A stretch of 64,000 nt of DNA from Promethearchaeota archaeon (GTDB lineage: Archaea; Asgardarchaeota; Lokiarchaeia; Sigyniarchaeales; SOKP01), in NCBI GenBank assembly GCA_016840085.1, contig JAEOTA010000017.1, forward strand, positions 1 through 64,000, written 5' to 3'. The position numbers and the translations under genes were made by a program. Positions 51,311 through 62,300 of the stretch are shown here, one piece after another. The notes under the pieces are model-generated. The model saw nothing but the letters and a program-made list of their open reading frames with translations, had not been told where the DNA came from and searched no databases. Each line of letters opens with the position of its first letter. The first letter of the stretch is position 1.

Positions 51311-51694
51311 CTAACAGCATTCTTTACAATTCTTACATTGAAGAAATATTTCTCTTATTAATTCAATTTGCTCTAAACCGTATTTAGTGAATCTTACGAG
51401 TATTTTTTTTGGTTGAGAATCTTTAACTAGTACTAACTCGATATAATTGTTCTTTACTAATTTTTTAAGATGTGAAGAAAGAGTACTAGGATAATAATCT
51501 AACTTGTTAATTATAGCAACTAGACTATTATCATTATTTTTTAGATATAACTCTTCATATAAGAAATTAAAGATATTAATCTCTGTTAAAAGAAAATTCT
51601 TAATGTCTATATCATTAAAATTCTTAGATCTAAGTAAAAAATCGCGAGGCTTCCTATTATCATATAAATTATAACTATAATCAGTATCTTCCAT
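51311..51694 (-). CDS. MarR/ArsR-like winged-helix regulator
   Basis: PSTLSSHLKKLVKNNYIE...VRFTKYGLE; C-terminal CKNCKECC. Confidence 0.75.
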   Translation of the reverse strand: MEDTDYSYNLYDNRKPRDFLLRSKNFNDIDIKNFLLTEINIFNFLYEELYLKNNDNSLVAIINKLDYYPSTLSSHLKKLVKNNYIELVLVKDSQPKKILVRFTKYGLEQIELIREIFLQCKNCKECC

Positions 51695-51798
51695 GAAATA
51701 ACTATAACATATCAGATATATAAAACAAAGGACTAGAATAGTTTATAACGATATAAGGAAAAAAAATTATTACATATTAGAAGAAGAGGGAGGGAAAG

Positions 51799-51891
51799 AT
51801 TTGAAACGAAGAAAATTAAAAAAAATAAAGATTTATAATTTTATAAATGTAAAAAAAAGGGGAGATAGTAAAAAGTGGAAAATAGAGAAAT
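51799..51891 (+). repeat. Right arm of ~92 bp inverted repeat (promoter, RBS and first 5 codons of RNase III gene)
   Basis: ATTTGAAACGAAG...AAGATTTATA-TTTTATAAATGT...GTAAAAAGTGGAAAATA-AGAAAT shared with 48776-48867 (minus). Confidence 0.9.
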
Positions 51892-52609
51892 GAAAAATAA
51901 ATTGAGAGATTTCCAAGAATTCATAGATCACAAATTTCAAAACGAAACATTATTGACACAAGCTTTAACTACTCCGCAATTCGGAAATGAGATATGTAAA
52001 CCCAATTATGAGTTCTTAGAAACTTTAGGAGATGCTGTAATTAAAATTATTTTTATATTAAAATTGTATCGAAAAGGGATAAAAGATCCTGGAAAAATAA
52101 CTAAAATTAAAGCTTCCTTAGAGAGCGATAAAACCTTAAAAAAAGTAGCGAAGATAATGAATTTGCATGAATATATATTTAAAGCTGATAAGCAACGAGT
52201 AAAGGGTACAAGAATTTTAGCTGATATATTTGAAGCAATATGTGGAGCGGTCTTTCTTGACTCAGGCAATAATCTAAGTATTGTAGAGCAGAAAATTATT
52301 GATCCTTTCTATGAAAATTTAGATATTAATAATCAAAATTTAAATTTGTATAAAAAAAATGAATTATTGGAATTTTTACAAGAGAGATTTAAAACAAATA
52401 TCTATATATTGCTTGATTATGAAAAAAGGGGTCCAGAACATGATACAAGTTGGATTGCTAAAAATCCTAAGATTTTAGAGAAAGATAAGCAAAATGAATT
52501 GTTAAAGCTACCAAAAGATATTAAATCTGAGAAATTCACGAAAAAGAAGGATGCTGACAAGGACATATACTTTAAGATTTTAGATTATTTAAAAAATGAG
52601 AATTCCTAA
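51875..52609 (+). CDS. rnc: Ribonuclease III with degenerate dsRBD
   Basis: LLTQALT, YEFLETLGDAV, ADIFEAICGAVFLDS (catalytic E/D/D/E); KNELLEFLQ...GPEHD...KKKDA dsRBD-like. Confidence 0.88.
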   Translation: MENREMKNKLRDFQEFIDHKFQNETLLTQALTTPQFGNEICKPNYEFLETLGDAVIKIIFILKLYRKGIKDPGKITKIKASLESDKTLKKVAKIMNLHEYIFKADKQRVKGTRILADIFEAICGAVFLDSGNNLSIVEQKIIDPFYENLDINNQNLNLYKKNELLEFLQERFKTNIYILLDYEKRGPEHDTSWIAKNPKILEKDKQNELLKLPKDIKSEKFTKKKDADKDIYFKILDYLKNENS

Positions 52610-52884
52610 ATTCATTTCTATTTTATAAGATATTTCTCTTATAAATTTTATTTTCATGGAGAATTCATAAATATTTATGAATATTCTAATTAATTAGAAC
52701 ATTAAATTTTAATAGAGTTTTCGTACTTACATATCCGATATAAATATGATTATCTGAAAAAGTTTAATTTTGCGTTATAATATTATAAAGTTCAATTTAC
52801 TGAAATCTATAAAAATTTAGATTGCTTTATACTTACATATAATATTTTGAAATTCAATGCTTAAATAACTAATGTGAGTAAATT

Positions 52885-53175
52885 TTGTCTTTTACGAAAG
52901 ATTGTTGGGAATGTGGAAGAACAGTATTTATTGAGGAACAAGTTTGTTCTAAATGTGGATATGATTTTGCGTCACATCCTCAAGTGATGCCAAAATGTCC
53001 GTATTGCGAAAAGGAACTTCATCTGCATGATTTTTTTACAACGACGTTAGACAAAAAGGGTAGAAAGCGTGTTGTAGGATTTATCGGTGAGAAGAGGGGT
53101 TCTTATATGAAAATGTGGTATTGCCCTTTATGTGGGAAGATATTAGGGTTCTCAGATGCAGATAGAAAACTTTAA
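52885..53175 (+). CDS. Double zinc-ribbon protein
   Basis: CWEC, CSKC, CPYC, CPLC; TTG start. Confidence 0.7.
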   Translation: MSFTKDCWECGRTVFIEEQVCSKCGYDFASHPQVMPKCPYCEKELHLHDFFTTTLDKKGRKRVVGFIGEKRGSYMKMWYCPLCGKILGFSDADRKL

Positions 53176-53246
53176 AATCCAAATTTTATATTTTTTTTTT
53201 AATTTCTATTCAAGCAAAAAATAATAAAAAATAATAACAGATTATT

Positions 53247-53924
53247 TTAATTTAGAGAAGTATTACATTCTGGACATATTTTTGAAGATTTTTTAATTTC
53301 ACATCCACAGTATTCACAAATCATCATTTCTTCTTTCTCAACTTGAACTTCTTTCTCTGGTCTGTCCCATTTCTTATAAACACTAATGATAGGTTTTTTT
53401 TCGGGTATTTTAGCTCTTCTTCTCAAGAATAATAATCCCACTATGAGGATAAATACACTAGGTAATACTAACACTAGTAAATACGAAACATCAAAATATT
53501 CTAAAGTTGTCCCTGTAGCTGAACTTGTTGTTCCTGACACTACTTCTATTTCATAAAACCCTGAACCTGAATTAACTTTAACTTGAATATAGTAAGTTCC
53601 AGTTTTTGAGGCTGTAAAATGCATTGTTTCCCCTGTATTGGACCTGCTATCAACTGAAAATCCATTTATCATATAGGGGGTTTCTGCTATTCTTAATGCT
53701 ATATCCATTCCCCAAAAAGTATCAATATCTACATCAATTGTATATTGAGACCCTGCTTCCAAAGTTATTACATATAATTTAATATCAAAATTCCAAGCAT
53801 GTTCTGATGATTTACGTGAATTAAGATGTAATCTTGTAGGTAACGCAAAGGGAATTGTTGCAGTAAATAATAAAGGTATTAGACAACCAATAACTAATAT
53901 CAAAATAGGATTAACTTTTTTCAT
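53247..53924 (-). CDS. Single-pass membrane protein: extracellular PPC-like domain, cytoplasmic C-terminal Zn ribbon
   Basis: Signal/TM, FTASKTGTYYIQV, TM, then CEYC and CPEC. Confidence 0.75.
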   Translation of the reverse strand: MKKVNPILILVIGCLIPLLFTATIPFALPTRLHLNSRKSSEHAWNFDIKLYVITLEAGSQYTIDVDIDTFWGMDIALRIAETPYMINGFSVDSRSNTGETMHFTASKTGTYYIQVKVNSGSGFYEIEVVSGTTSSATGTTLEYFDVSYLLVLVLPSVFILIVGLLFLRRRAKIPEKKPIISVYKKWDRPEKEVQVEKEEMMICEYCGCEIKKSSKICPECNTSLN

Positions 53925-54213
53925 AATTCTTCCTTCTACTAATTCTTTTTTTCAACTATAATATTTTTAAAAACGATCATTTTATTGAAGATAACTAAGG
54001 ATTTGCATATAATATTAAGAAGGGAGTTGTATAAAAATATTAATAGTTGATTTATTAAATATTAATTTTGAAGTTATTTAAATTTGAAGTCTCTTCCCTA
54101 CAGAAACGTTTAAATTTTAATTATACATAATATTAATATTATCTCTCTATTATCCGAAATCAAATCTAATTAAGAATAAAGATATATTATAACAGAAAAA
54201 TGGTGTTTGTTAA

Positions 54214-54720
54214 ATGTCTCAAGTTATTGAAACAATAAAAGATAAACCAGATGATATTTACAATTTTTTTAATGTATTTGTCGATACCCTTACAGAACAA
54301 ACTATGTGGTCGCAAGGCACTAAAATGGAAATCTTAGAGATTGGGCCTCGTGAGAAATTATGGTCGAGTTTTCTGTTAGTACCTATGGCGAATGCTCAAT
54401 TTAGTTTTACTGTAGCTTTTGAACTTTCTGGTGATATTATTGAGGTGATGTATGATTATAAATTAGAATTTTTGTTGAAAAGAATACCAATGAAGAAGTG
54501 GTTGATGAAAGTGATTAGAAAGAATGTTAATCCAACAATAGCTTCTTTAATAATCAAGAGTCTGAGAGAAGCTAAAAAGAAAATAAAAGAAGAACTAACT
54601 TCTGAAGTAGTTAAATCTGTTTCCACTGATGATCCCCTTAAAATACTGAAAATGAAAATGATTAATGGTGAAATTTCTGAAGAAGAATACCTTCGTAAAA
54701 AGAAGTTATTAGAAGATTAA
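54214..54720 (+). CDS. SHOCT domain-containing protein
   Basis: C-terminal DPLKILKMKMINGEISEEEYLRKKKLL. Confidence 0.8.
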   Translation: MSQVIETIKDKPDDIYNFFNVFVDTLTEQTMWSQGTKMEILEIGPREKLWSSFLLVPMANAQFSFTVAFELSGDIIEVMYDYKLEFLLKRIPMKKWLMKVIRKNVNPTIASLIIKSLREAKKKIKEELTSEVVKSVSTDDPLKILKMKMINGEISEEEYLRKKKLLED

Positions 54721-55085
54721 GTCAAAATATTATCATTATAGAGACAATTTTTATCCACCTCTTAATCTCATTTAGTTCTCATGAGAATTTTCCCGAAATT
54801 TATCCTTAATATTTGAATTTCTTTTTTTTAGAACATTTAAGACTTGTCAAAGAGAAAATCATGCGAGTTTCAATCTTTTTGGTATATTTCTGGTTGAGTT
54901 AGACTTATATTTTATAATAGAATAAATTTTTTTAGCATAATTATTGAGGAAGTCAATATTTCTAATGAAGTAGAACCTTAACTTTTTAAAAATTTGTAGC
55001 ATTATTTCTCTCAAAAAGTTTATTTTCTCATTCCAATATTATAAGTTTAGAAAATCATTACAAATTTTTCAGAAAAATACCAGAA

Positions 55086-56285
55086 TTGAATTTGGAGAGA
55101 GTACACATGCCTAAAGCACCAATCATAAAAAAAAATGAAGAAATGGAAGAATATGAAGAAGAAACAGGAAAACTTGCAATATGGAAAGGTGAACTAAGTA
55201 AGCACTTTGAAAAGTGGAAAAAACAAAAGGAAAAGGATGAAATAAAAAAACAAAAGGAAGAGATTCTTTCTCAATCTCGGGTAGAGAAGAGAAAGATGAA
55301 AAAAGAGATTAGGGAAGATAAAGTTGCTGGGAAGGATTATGATCATTTGATTATGGCCGAAAATCTCCATAAAACCTATCTCCTTGGTACAACAGCAGTA
55401 GCAGCGTTAAGAGGAGTGGACTTAACAATAGATACAGGAAATTTCGTTGATATTATGGGTCCATCTGGTTCTGGAAAAACAACTTTACTCAATTTAATTG
55501 GAGGACTTGATACCCCAACAAGAGGAAAAGTCTTTCTAGAAGGCTCTAATATAAGTATGTTGTCAGATAATGATCTAGCGGAGATTAGAAGAGAGAGAAT
55601 TGGATTTGTTTTTCAATTCTATAATCTACTTCCCCAAATGACAGCAATGGAAAATGTTATGGTACCTTTACATTTTTCCGGAAAATTAAGTCGTCGAGGA
55701 AAAAGAAAAAGAGCAATGGATCTCTTAAGATTAGTAGAATTAGATGAAAGAGCGCATCACACACCTTCAGAATTAAGTGGAGGCGAACAACAAAGAGTTG
55801 CTATTGCGAGAGCCTTTGCTAATGATCCTGCTATATGTGTATTAGATGAGCCAACAGGGGACTTAGACAGTAAAACAGGTGTTATGATTTTAAATCTTAT
55901 AAGAGATTTAAATAGGAGAGGTGCTACTTTTGTTGCAGTCAGTCACGATGCTGCTGTTTCAGAATTTGCTTCTAGAGTCTTCCATATGAGAGATGGGAAG
56001 CTTACTCATGAAGGAAAAGTTGCTGGTTTAAAAGAAACCGAGATCATGCAACTTAAGAGGCAACAAGAAACTGAAATTAATAAAGAAAAGTGCAAAAGCA
56101 AAATTTTTCAATATTTATATGCAAATCAAGGTAAAACTGAGATTAGTGTAGTTGATATAAAGAATAGTGTCCCCGACTCGATAATATTGAACTTACCAGA
56201 GCATTTCAATGATATATTACAGGAATTAATAGATGATAATAATATTTATGCTAAAATCGAAGGAAATTTATTAATTTTACAATAG
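55086..56285 (+). CDS. LolD/MacB-family ABC ATPase with N- and C-terminal extensions
   Basis: GPSGSGKT, LSGGEQQRVAIARA, LDEPTGDLD, SHD; likely start ATG at 55107. Confidence 0.93.
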   Translation: MNLERVHMPKAPIIKKNEEMEEYEEETGKLAIWKGELSKHFEKWKKQKEKDEIKKQKEEILSQSRVEKRKMKKEIREDKVAGKDYDHLIMAENLHKTYLLGTTAVAALRGVDLTIDTGNFVDIMGPSGSGKTTLLNLIGGLDTPTRGKVFLEGSNISMLSDNDLAEIRRERIGFVFQFYNLLPQMTAMENVMVPLHFSGKLSRRGKRKRAMDLLRLVELDERAHHTPSELSGGEQQRVAIARAFANDPAICVLDEPTGDLDSKTGVMILNLIRDLNRRGATFVAVSHDAAVSEFASRVFHMRDGKLTHEGKVAGLKETEIMQLKRQQETEINKEKCKSKIFQYLYANQGKTEISVVDIKNSVPDSIILNLPEHFNDILQELIDDNNIYAKIEGNLLILQ

Positions 56286-56294
56286 ATTGATTAA

Positions 56295-59200
56295 ATGACC
56301 CATTTCAAATTAATATTAAAATATGCATTTTTAGATTTAAAGAAACAAAAGATAAGAACCCTTTTGGCAATTTTTGGGATGTTGATTTCCATAGGGCTTC
56401 TAACAACAGTTTTATTTTTAAGTGATTCCATCTCTTCAAGTTACGTAGATTACCTTACAATAGATTCAGGAAATCAAGATGCTGTAATTTCTGTAAGGCA
56501 TTATAATGGAGAACCAGATAACCGGTCATCTTATTTTAAGTATCAACCTATTGTTAAAGCAATCCAAAATACAACGGATGCTTTTGAAGATTTCATACCT
56601 AGAATGGAACTATATGGAATGGTAAAAGTTTCAGAAGATTTTCACACAACAGCTCTCACAGGTGAAGATGAATGGAGTACGATCTCTGCGATTAATTTCT
56701 CTTTAGAAAATGATATAAAGTTTGGCTCTTTTATTGATCCTTTAAACAATGAAATACTAAATTTGGATGAATTACCAACAAATCATTGCGCAATCTATTA
56801 TGGGTTCAATAATGTTATAAAATACGCTAAGAATGACAAAATAGAAATCGAAATGAGATTAAGACATGGAAATAGAACTATTAATATAATAAAAAATCTG
56901 ACTATTGATGCAATCTTTGATTTCAATTTAAAATGGCCAAATGATTATCATAATAGACATCTTATTATCGTTGATATTAATACGCTTTACGAATTATTTG
57001 AATATAAAAATTTTACTGGACGATGTAATAAATTAATACTTACATTGAAAGAGAGTCATGAGCTTTATGATATCAGAAATTTTGAAGGAACAAAAACGAT
57101 TATAAAAGAAATTGCTGGTGATGTTCAAGTTGCATTAGGAATTCAAGAGTACAATATAGATTTACCAAAATTACGAATATTAGGGTATTCTGAGTTTTTG
57201 AGTGTCTTTATTGTTGTTATTTTTGTTTTTGTATCAATTATAGCTATGCTTATCTCTGGTGTATTGATAAATGGAATATTAAAGACGTCCGTTGAAGAAA
57301 GAATTAGAGAATTTGGTATATTTAGAACATTAGGGACTAATAAGAAATATAATTTATACATTGTCTTAATGCAGGGCTTTTTATTATGCAATTTTGGAAC
57401 GATTTCTGGAATAATATCGGCAGATCTTATAACCAGGTTTATAATTATACCGTTTGCGAATAGAGTAATTAGTACTAGCGGAATTGGTTTTACGAATCTT
57501 ATTTTTTCTTTTACATTTTGGTCTGTAATATTGTCCTATATTATAGGTGTAAGTGTTGGAATGGTTGTTAGCATTTCTCCTGCTGTGAAAGTGATGCGAC
57601 TTCAATTAGTTGAATCAATACATCCATATCGCCATGAAGACACACTATACCATTTACGGAAAAAATCTACAGTTAATTATAAATTAATTTTAATTGGGCT
57701 TATCTTAGTAATCAATGGGGGATTTATCTTTTTTGTTATCCCTAGAATTATGATTGCAGGAGATATAGCTTTATTTGCAGGAACTCTTATAGCAATTTTA
57801 TTAATTTTTAATATTGGATTAACTCTTGCTGGATTAGGTTTAATCCCTCTCATTTTAAGAATTATTATCGGGTTATTTAGGCCTATAGCAGGACGTCTTC
57901 ATAATGTTATCAAGATTTTTGTATTTCGTTATCAGAGGAGAAACTCAAGCACGGTTATGATATTTGCATTATCTTTTTCATTTGTTATTTTCACTTCTAC
58001 TGTGATTAATACTATATCAGCACAATCAACAGCTATGACCAAATTATCATATGGGTCTGATTTAGTTATTGAAACATCAGGTTGGAAGGAACAAGAAAGA
58101 ACTTTTCAAGGAGGATTTGGTGGTGGTTTTATGTCTATTAGTTCTACTGATTCTCAAGATAAGTTATTAAGTAATTTGGAAGCTCAAAAAATGGATATTC
58201 TTGATTCTTCTATTAATCCAAATGAAATTATGACAATTGAATTTGAAGAAGAACTACTCTCCATTGACGGAATCGAAAAAGTATCTTCAGTCTTAGCTAA
58301 ACCATTTCAATTAACTCAAATATATTCAGAAGCAGAAAAAGAATTTAGTGCAGAAATAGGTGATTATGCGGGAGTAAGCACGCAGGAGATAACATTAATT
58401 GGTATTGATGAAGAATATTTATTCACTGTGAAAAATCAATTTATTGAAATGACCTCCGGCTATGTTGAATACTCATTTAATCATTTATTCAATAATGAAG
58501 AATATTATACTTGTATTATTTCTGAAGCTATCTCAATTGCATTTGATTTAAAGCTAAATGATAAAATCCGGATTGTGATTCATAGAGGCGATGAATTGGA
58601 AGTTTACCCTTTTAAAATTGTTGGAACGGCTAAAAGCATGCCTGGATTTAGTAGAGAATTCGGAGCCTCAAGTGCAGAAGCCACAAGAGGTGGGGTTCTA
58701 ATATCTCAAGAAACCTATATTGAGATCATGGATATCCCTCCAGTTCCATACTTAGATAGAATTTTTGTCAAGCTTCGGGAAGACAAAGCTACTTCTGCTT
58801 TTAATATTGTAACTTTTATAAATGATAATTATCGCAAGGATTACAATTTTGAATTACACAATCTCGTAAGAAGTGTAGCACAGCAGCAATCCTCATTCTT
58901 TGTATTAGATACACTTTTTACTCTAATAGCATTAACTACAGTATTCATTTGTATTTTTGGTTTATTATCTTCATCGTATTCAACTATTATTGAGAGAAAA
59001 AAAGAAATTGGAATTGTGAGAACCTTGGGTTTAAAGGGTAAAGAGATAAATCGCTTATTTATAATTGAGGCTTTGATTGTTATGATTAGTAGTGGAATAA
59101 TTGGGATCATCATTGGTTGGCTTTCGGCTTGGATTGTGACTTCAAACCTGAGTACAATGATTGGTATGCCCAATGTGATATATATTCCCTGGTTTAATAT

Positions 59201-59309
59201 GATTTTAATCTTTTCAGTTTCAATAATGATGATATTAATAGGGATGAGGATGCTTTTAAGGAAAGCTCGAAAAAAGAAAATAGTTGAAATTTATAGAGAG
59301 ACTATGTAA
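56295..59309 (+). CDS. FtsX/MacB-family ABC permease with two repeats
   Basis: SVEERIREFGIFRTLG and IIERKKEIGIVRTLG; two large extracytoplasmic loops. Confidence 0.93.
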   Translation: MTHFKLILKYAFLDLKKQKIRTLLAIFGMLISIGLLTTVLFLSDSISSSYVDYLTIDSGNQDAVISVRHYNGEPDNRSSYFKYQPIVKAIQNTTDAFEDFIPRMELYGMVKVSEDFHTTALTGEDEWSTISAINFSLENDIKFGSFIDPLNNEILNLDELPTNHCAIYYGFNNVIKYAKNDKIEIEMRLRHGNRTINIIKNLTIDAIFDFNLKWPNDYHNRHLIIVDINTLYELFEYKNFTGRCNKLILTLKESHELYDIRNFEGTKTIIKEIAGDVQVALGIQEYNIDLPKLRILGYSEFLSVFIVVIFVFVSIIAMLISGVLINGILKTSVEERIREFGIFRTLGTNKKYNLYIVLMQGFLLCNFGTISGIISADLITRFIIIPFANRVISTSGIGFTNLIFSFTFWSVILSYIIGVSVGMVVSISPAVKVMRLQLVESIHPYRHEDTLYHLRKKSTVNYKLILIGLILVINGGFIFFVIPRIMIAGDIALFAGTLIAILLIFNIGLTLAGLGLIPLILRIIIGLFRPIAGRLHNVIKIFVFRYQRRNSSTVMIFALSFSFVIFTSTVINTISAQSTAMTKLSYGSDLVIETSGWKEQERTFQGGFGGGFMSISSTDSQDKLLSNLEAQKMDILDSSINPNEIMTIEFEEELLSIDGIEKVSSVLAKPFQLTQIYSEAEKEFSAEIGDYAGVSTQEITLIGIDEEYLFTVKNQFIEMTSGYVEYSFNHLFNNEEYYTCIISEAISIAFDLKLNDKIRIVIHRGDELEVYPFKIVGTAKSMPGFSREFGASSAEATRGGVLISQETYIEIMDIPPVPYLDRIFVKLREDKATSAFNIVTFINDNYRKDYNFELHNLVRSVAQQQSSFFVLDTLFTLIALTTVFICIFGLLSSSYSTIIERKKEIGIVRTLGLKGKEINRLFIIEALIVMISSGIIGIIIGWLSAWIVTSNLSTMIGMPNVIYIPWFNMILIFSVSIMMILIGMRMLLRKARKKKIVEIYRETM

Positions 59310-62300
59310 GATTGAGGTTTTTAAGTTGAAAGGAGTAAAAAATTTGAAAAATAATAAAAAAATTTTTCTCGGTTTTATTATTTTAATGGTATTTATATAT
59401 CCTTTCAATTTGTCTTTTAATAGGTTGATTCTTGATTATCATTCAAAAAGCCTAAATATAAATAACGACGAAGATTATGAAATGAACAATTTAAAAAGCT
59501 CTGACATAGCTGGAACAGACCTTTATGCAGAACAAATTAATGCTTATGTAGCAGGTAATAAGTCGTTAATAAAGCAATCGTTATTTACAAATGATACAAA
59601 TATTTTTTCACAATTTGATACTAATGATCCTGCTTTTTATAAATGTAATATACTCATTAGTGCATCTAATAAAATAAATCATGGTATTTTTCCAAAAATT
59701 TTAACTGAGAGTGATCTGTCTTCTCAATATTTACTAGGCTTCAATAGTTTTGTTGGATTCCTTTATTATGATGATGAATTAACTCCTGAAAATGCCAAAT
59801 CAAGGTCAGAAAGGGCACTTGAAATTATTAGAAGTAAATTTCAAATTGATCTTATTATGGTAAATACATCTGAATCAAATTTTTTTCCTTTTGTAGGATA
59901 TTACCCAGATTGGGAAATTTATCTTCAAGAACTTACACATAACCTTCCGATGGATGGATATTGGAAAGCATTAGATATAAATCGTCTAATAAGTGAAAAT
60001 TATCTTAAAAAACATCATTTTTCATCAACATTTATGGTTATTAACTCCTTAGATTTTTTTGAAGAGGATTTTAACATTACTACTGATCAATTAAATTTCA
60101 ATTTTAATACTCTTGACTTATCTTTTTTAGAAAATTTAGAAATAGGAGAATTAACTGAGCAGCTTAATAATACATTAGAAAATTTAGAAGATATTGTCAA
60201 CACATCAGTTTCAGAAGAAGAATTAATGCAATTCATTGAAATTTTAGGTTCTTTCAGTTTAAAAAATGACTCTCATTATACAACTTTCATGATTCAGTAT
60301 GAAGGTTTGAATGAAGGCATAAGAAGAATTGGAGAAAATCAGTACCAATTTAGTTTATGGGACGCTTTAGGTTATGAAGGAGATCCTTTAACTCCAAGTG
60401 AAAAAATTTATATTGCTTTAGTAGGTGCTTTTATGAGCGATATTGAAATAAATATTTTATGTACAGATATTATTGATGCTACACCAATCAATTTTGAGTT
60501 TTATGATTATCTTTTAGAACAAATAGGTTTGATATTTTACCTTGCGGGAGCTGAATTTGATGTTCAAACACTAAAAGATTACTCATTTGATTTATTCTGG
60601 GTTGATGATGAGGGAATTAAACGTTCCTATATAAGACCAGTAAATTTAAACGATCCAAATGATATAATTAATCTTTTACAACTATTAGGTTTTCAAGGAT
60701 TACCATATATCCCAACGGGCATTGTAAATCCATTTGAAGAGTTTACAGTTACCTATAATATATCTTATTCAGAGCCCAATATATTAGTCAAAAAAGAATT
60801 GATTGGAGAAAATGCTTCATATGGAGCATATCGAAATTTTTCTTACAATATTTCTGCTAAAAATGTTGGAAATATAACTGCTTGGGGGGTACCCACTTCT
60901 CTTCCTATAGAACTTGATTATTTCTTCTCAATAGTAAGTCCACTTTTCTCAGAAGATCTTAAAAATGAGATGTGGAAGGCTATAAATATCGAATATCCAG
61001 ATCAGTATGAGTCATTGGAGGATTTTTTCAATTTTGATGAAGATCCTCGTATTTTTTATTTTGATTCATATGGTACAGGAATTTTTGATACTTTTTATCC
61101 AAATTATCTAAATATTATAAATTTATGGCCCTACAATGAAGATGTTGATAAGATTATCGATATAGTCTATACCGCTAATCCAGGATATTTTATATTACTT
61201 CCTAATACGGTTAAAGAGTTATTTATGAATGAAAATAGTATTTGGAATGACAATAATTGGAAATTAGATCCTGGAGAGATCATATCCTATCGAATTGATA
61301 ATTTTTCTATTTCAAATTTAGATAGCTTTTTTCCTTTTTATAGAAATAACTTTTCAATTGAAACTTCTCCAGAAACACCTGAAATTGTATCAGGGATCTC
61401 TCTTTATGAAACTTTGCCTGAGATGGCATTAGCAACTGATAATGAAAATTGGACTGTAGGTTCAGTTGAAAAATTCCTAGAACAAAGAATAGAGATCAAT
61501 TTCATTTTCAAAAATAAAACTAAAATAGATTTTATTAATAATTCTCTAGAAAGGGTATCGATAATCATCAATTTCTCTGCTCCAGAAAATTTAGAGACGT
61601 TAAATTTTGAGATTTTTGATTTTGAAAGTGAAGAATTCCATGATATGAACCCCTATTTAAGTTCTATTGAAAACAATACTTGGAAATTTTCAATAATAAA
61701 TAATAATGAAAGTTTAAATTGGTTATTTTATCCTAATGATCCAGAAAATTATATATCTCTCTTTAAAATATATTGTAGCGATTCAGAGCAATTTAATGTT
61801 TCAATTGATGATTTGGATATAGAATTTTCAACAAGAGATATTAATATTAATGACGATCCAGGTTCCCGAGTTATATATAGTTCAATATCTGGAAATATAG
61901 AATTTGAAAGAAGAAGTAATTCAATCCCTTTAAGTACATTTGATATGGCTTCAATCGTAGCTACAGCTAATTTAACTCGTTATAATTCGAGAGACGGAGA
62001 ACTCAATATGTATATACTAAAACTGAAAAATATTGGTTCAGATACAGCGAAAAATATTAATATCACCGCGACTATTCCAGGGATTATTAATAATCCTAAC
62101 AGTTTTACCCTTAAACAAAATAAACTGACATGTTTTTTATCAAATCTTGCGCCATCTGAAGAAATAACGTTAAACTTTTCATTTTTTACTCCAAATACAA
62201 GATCAATTAGGGATCTTTCAATTTCTTATGATAATCCTGAATATATTCAAGGAGGGAATACATCCAAGATAATAACTTTGCCTAATGAAGTTTATGTCTC

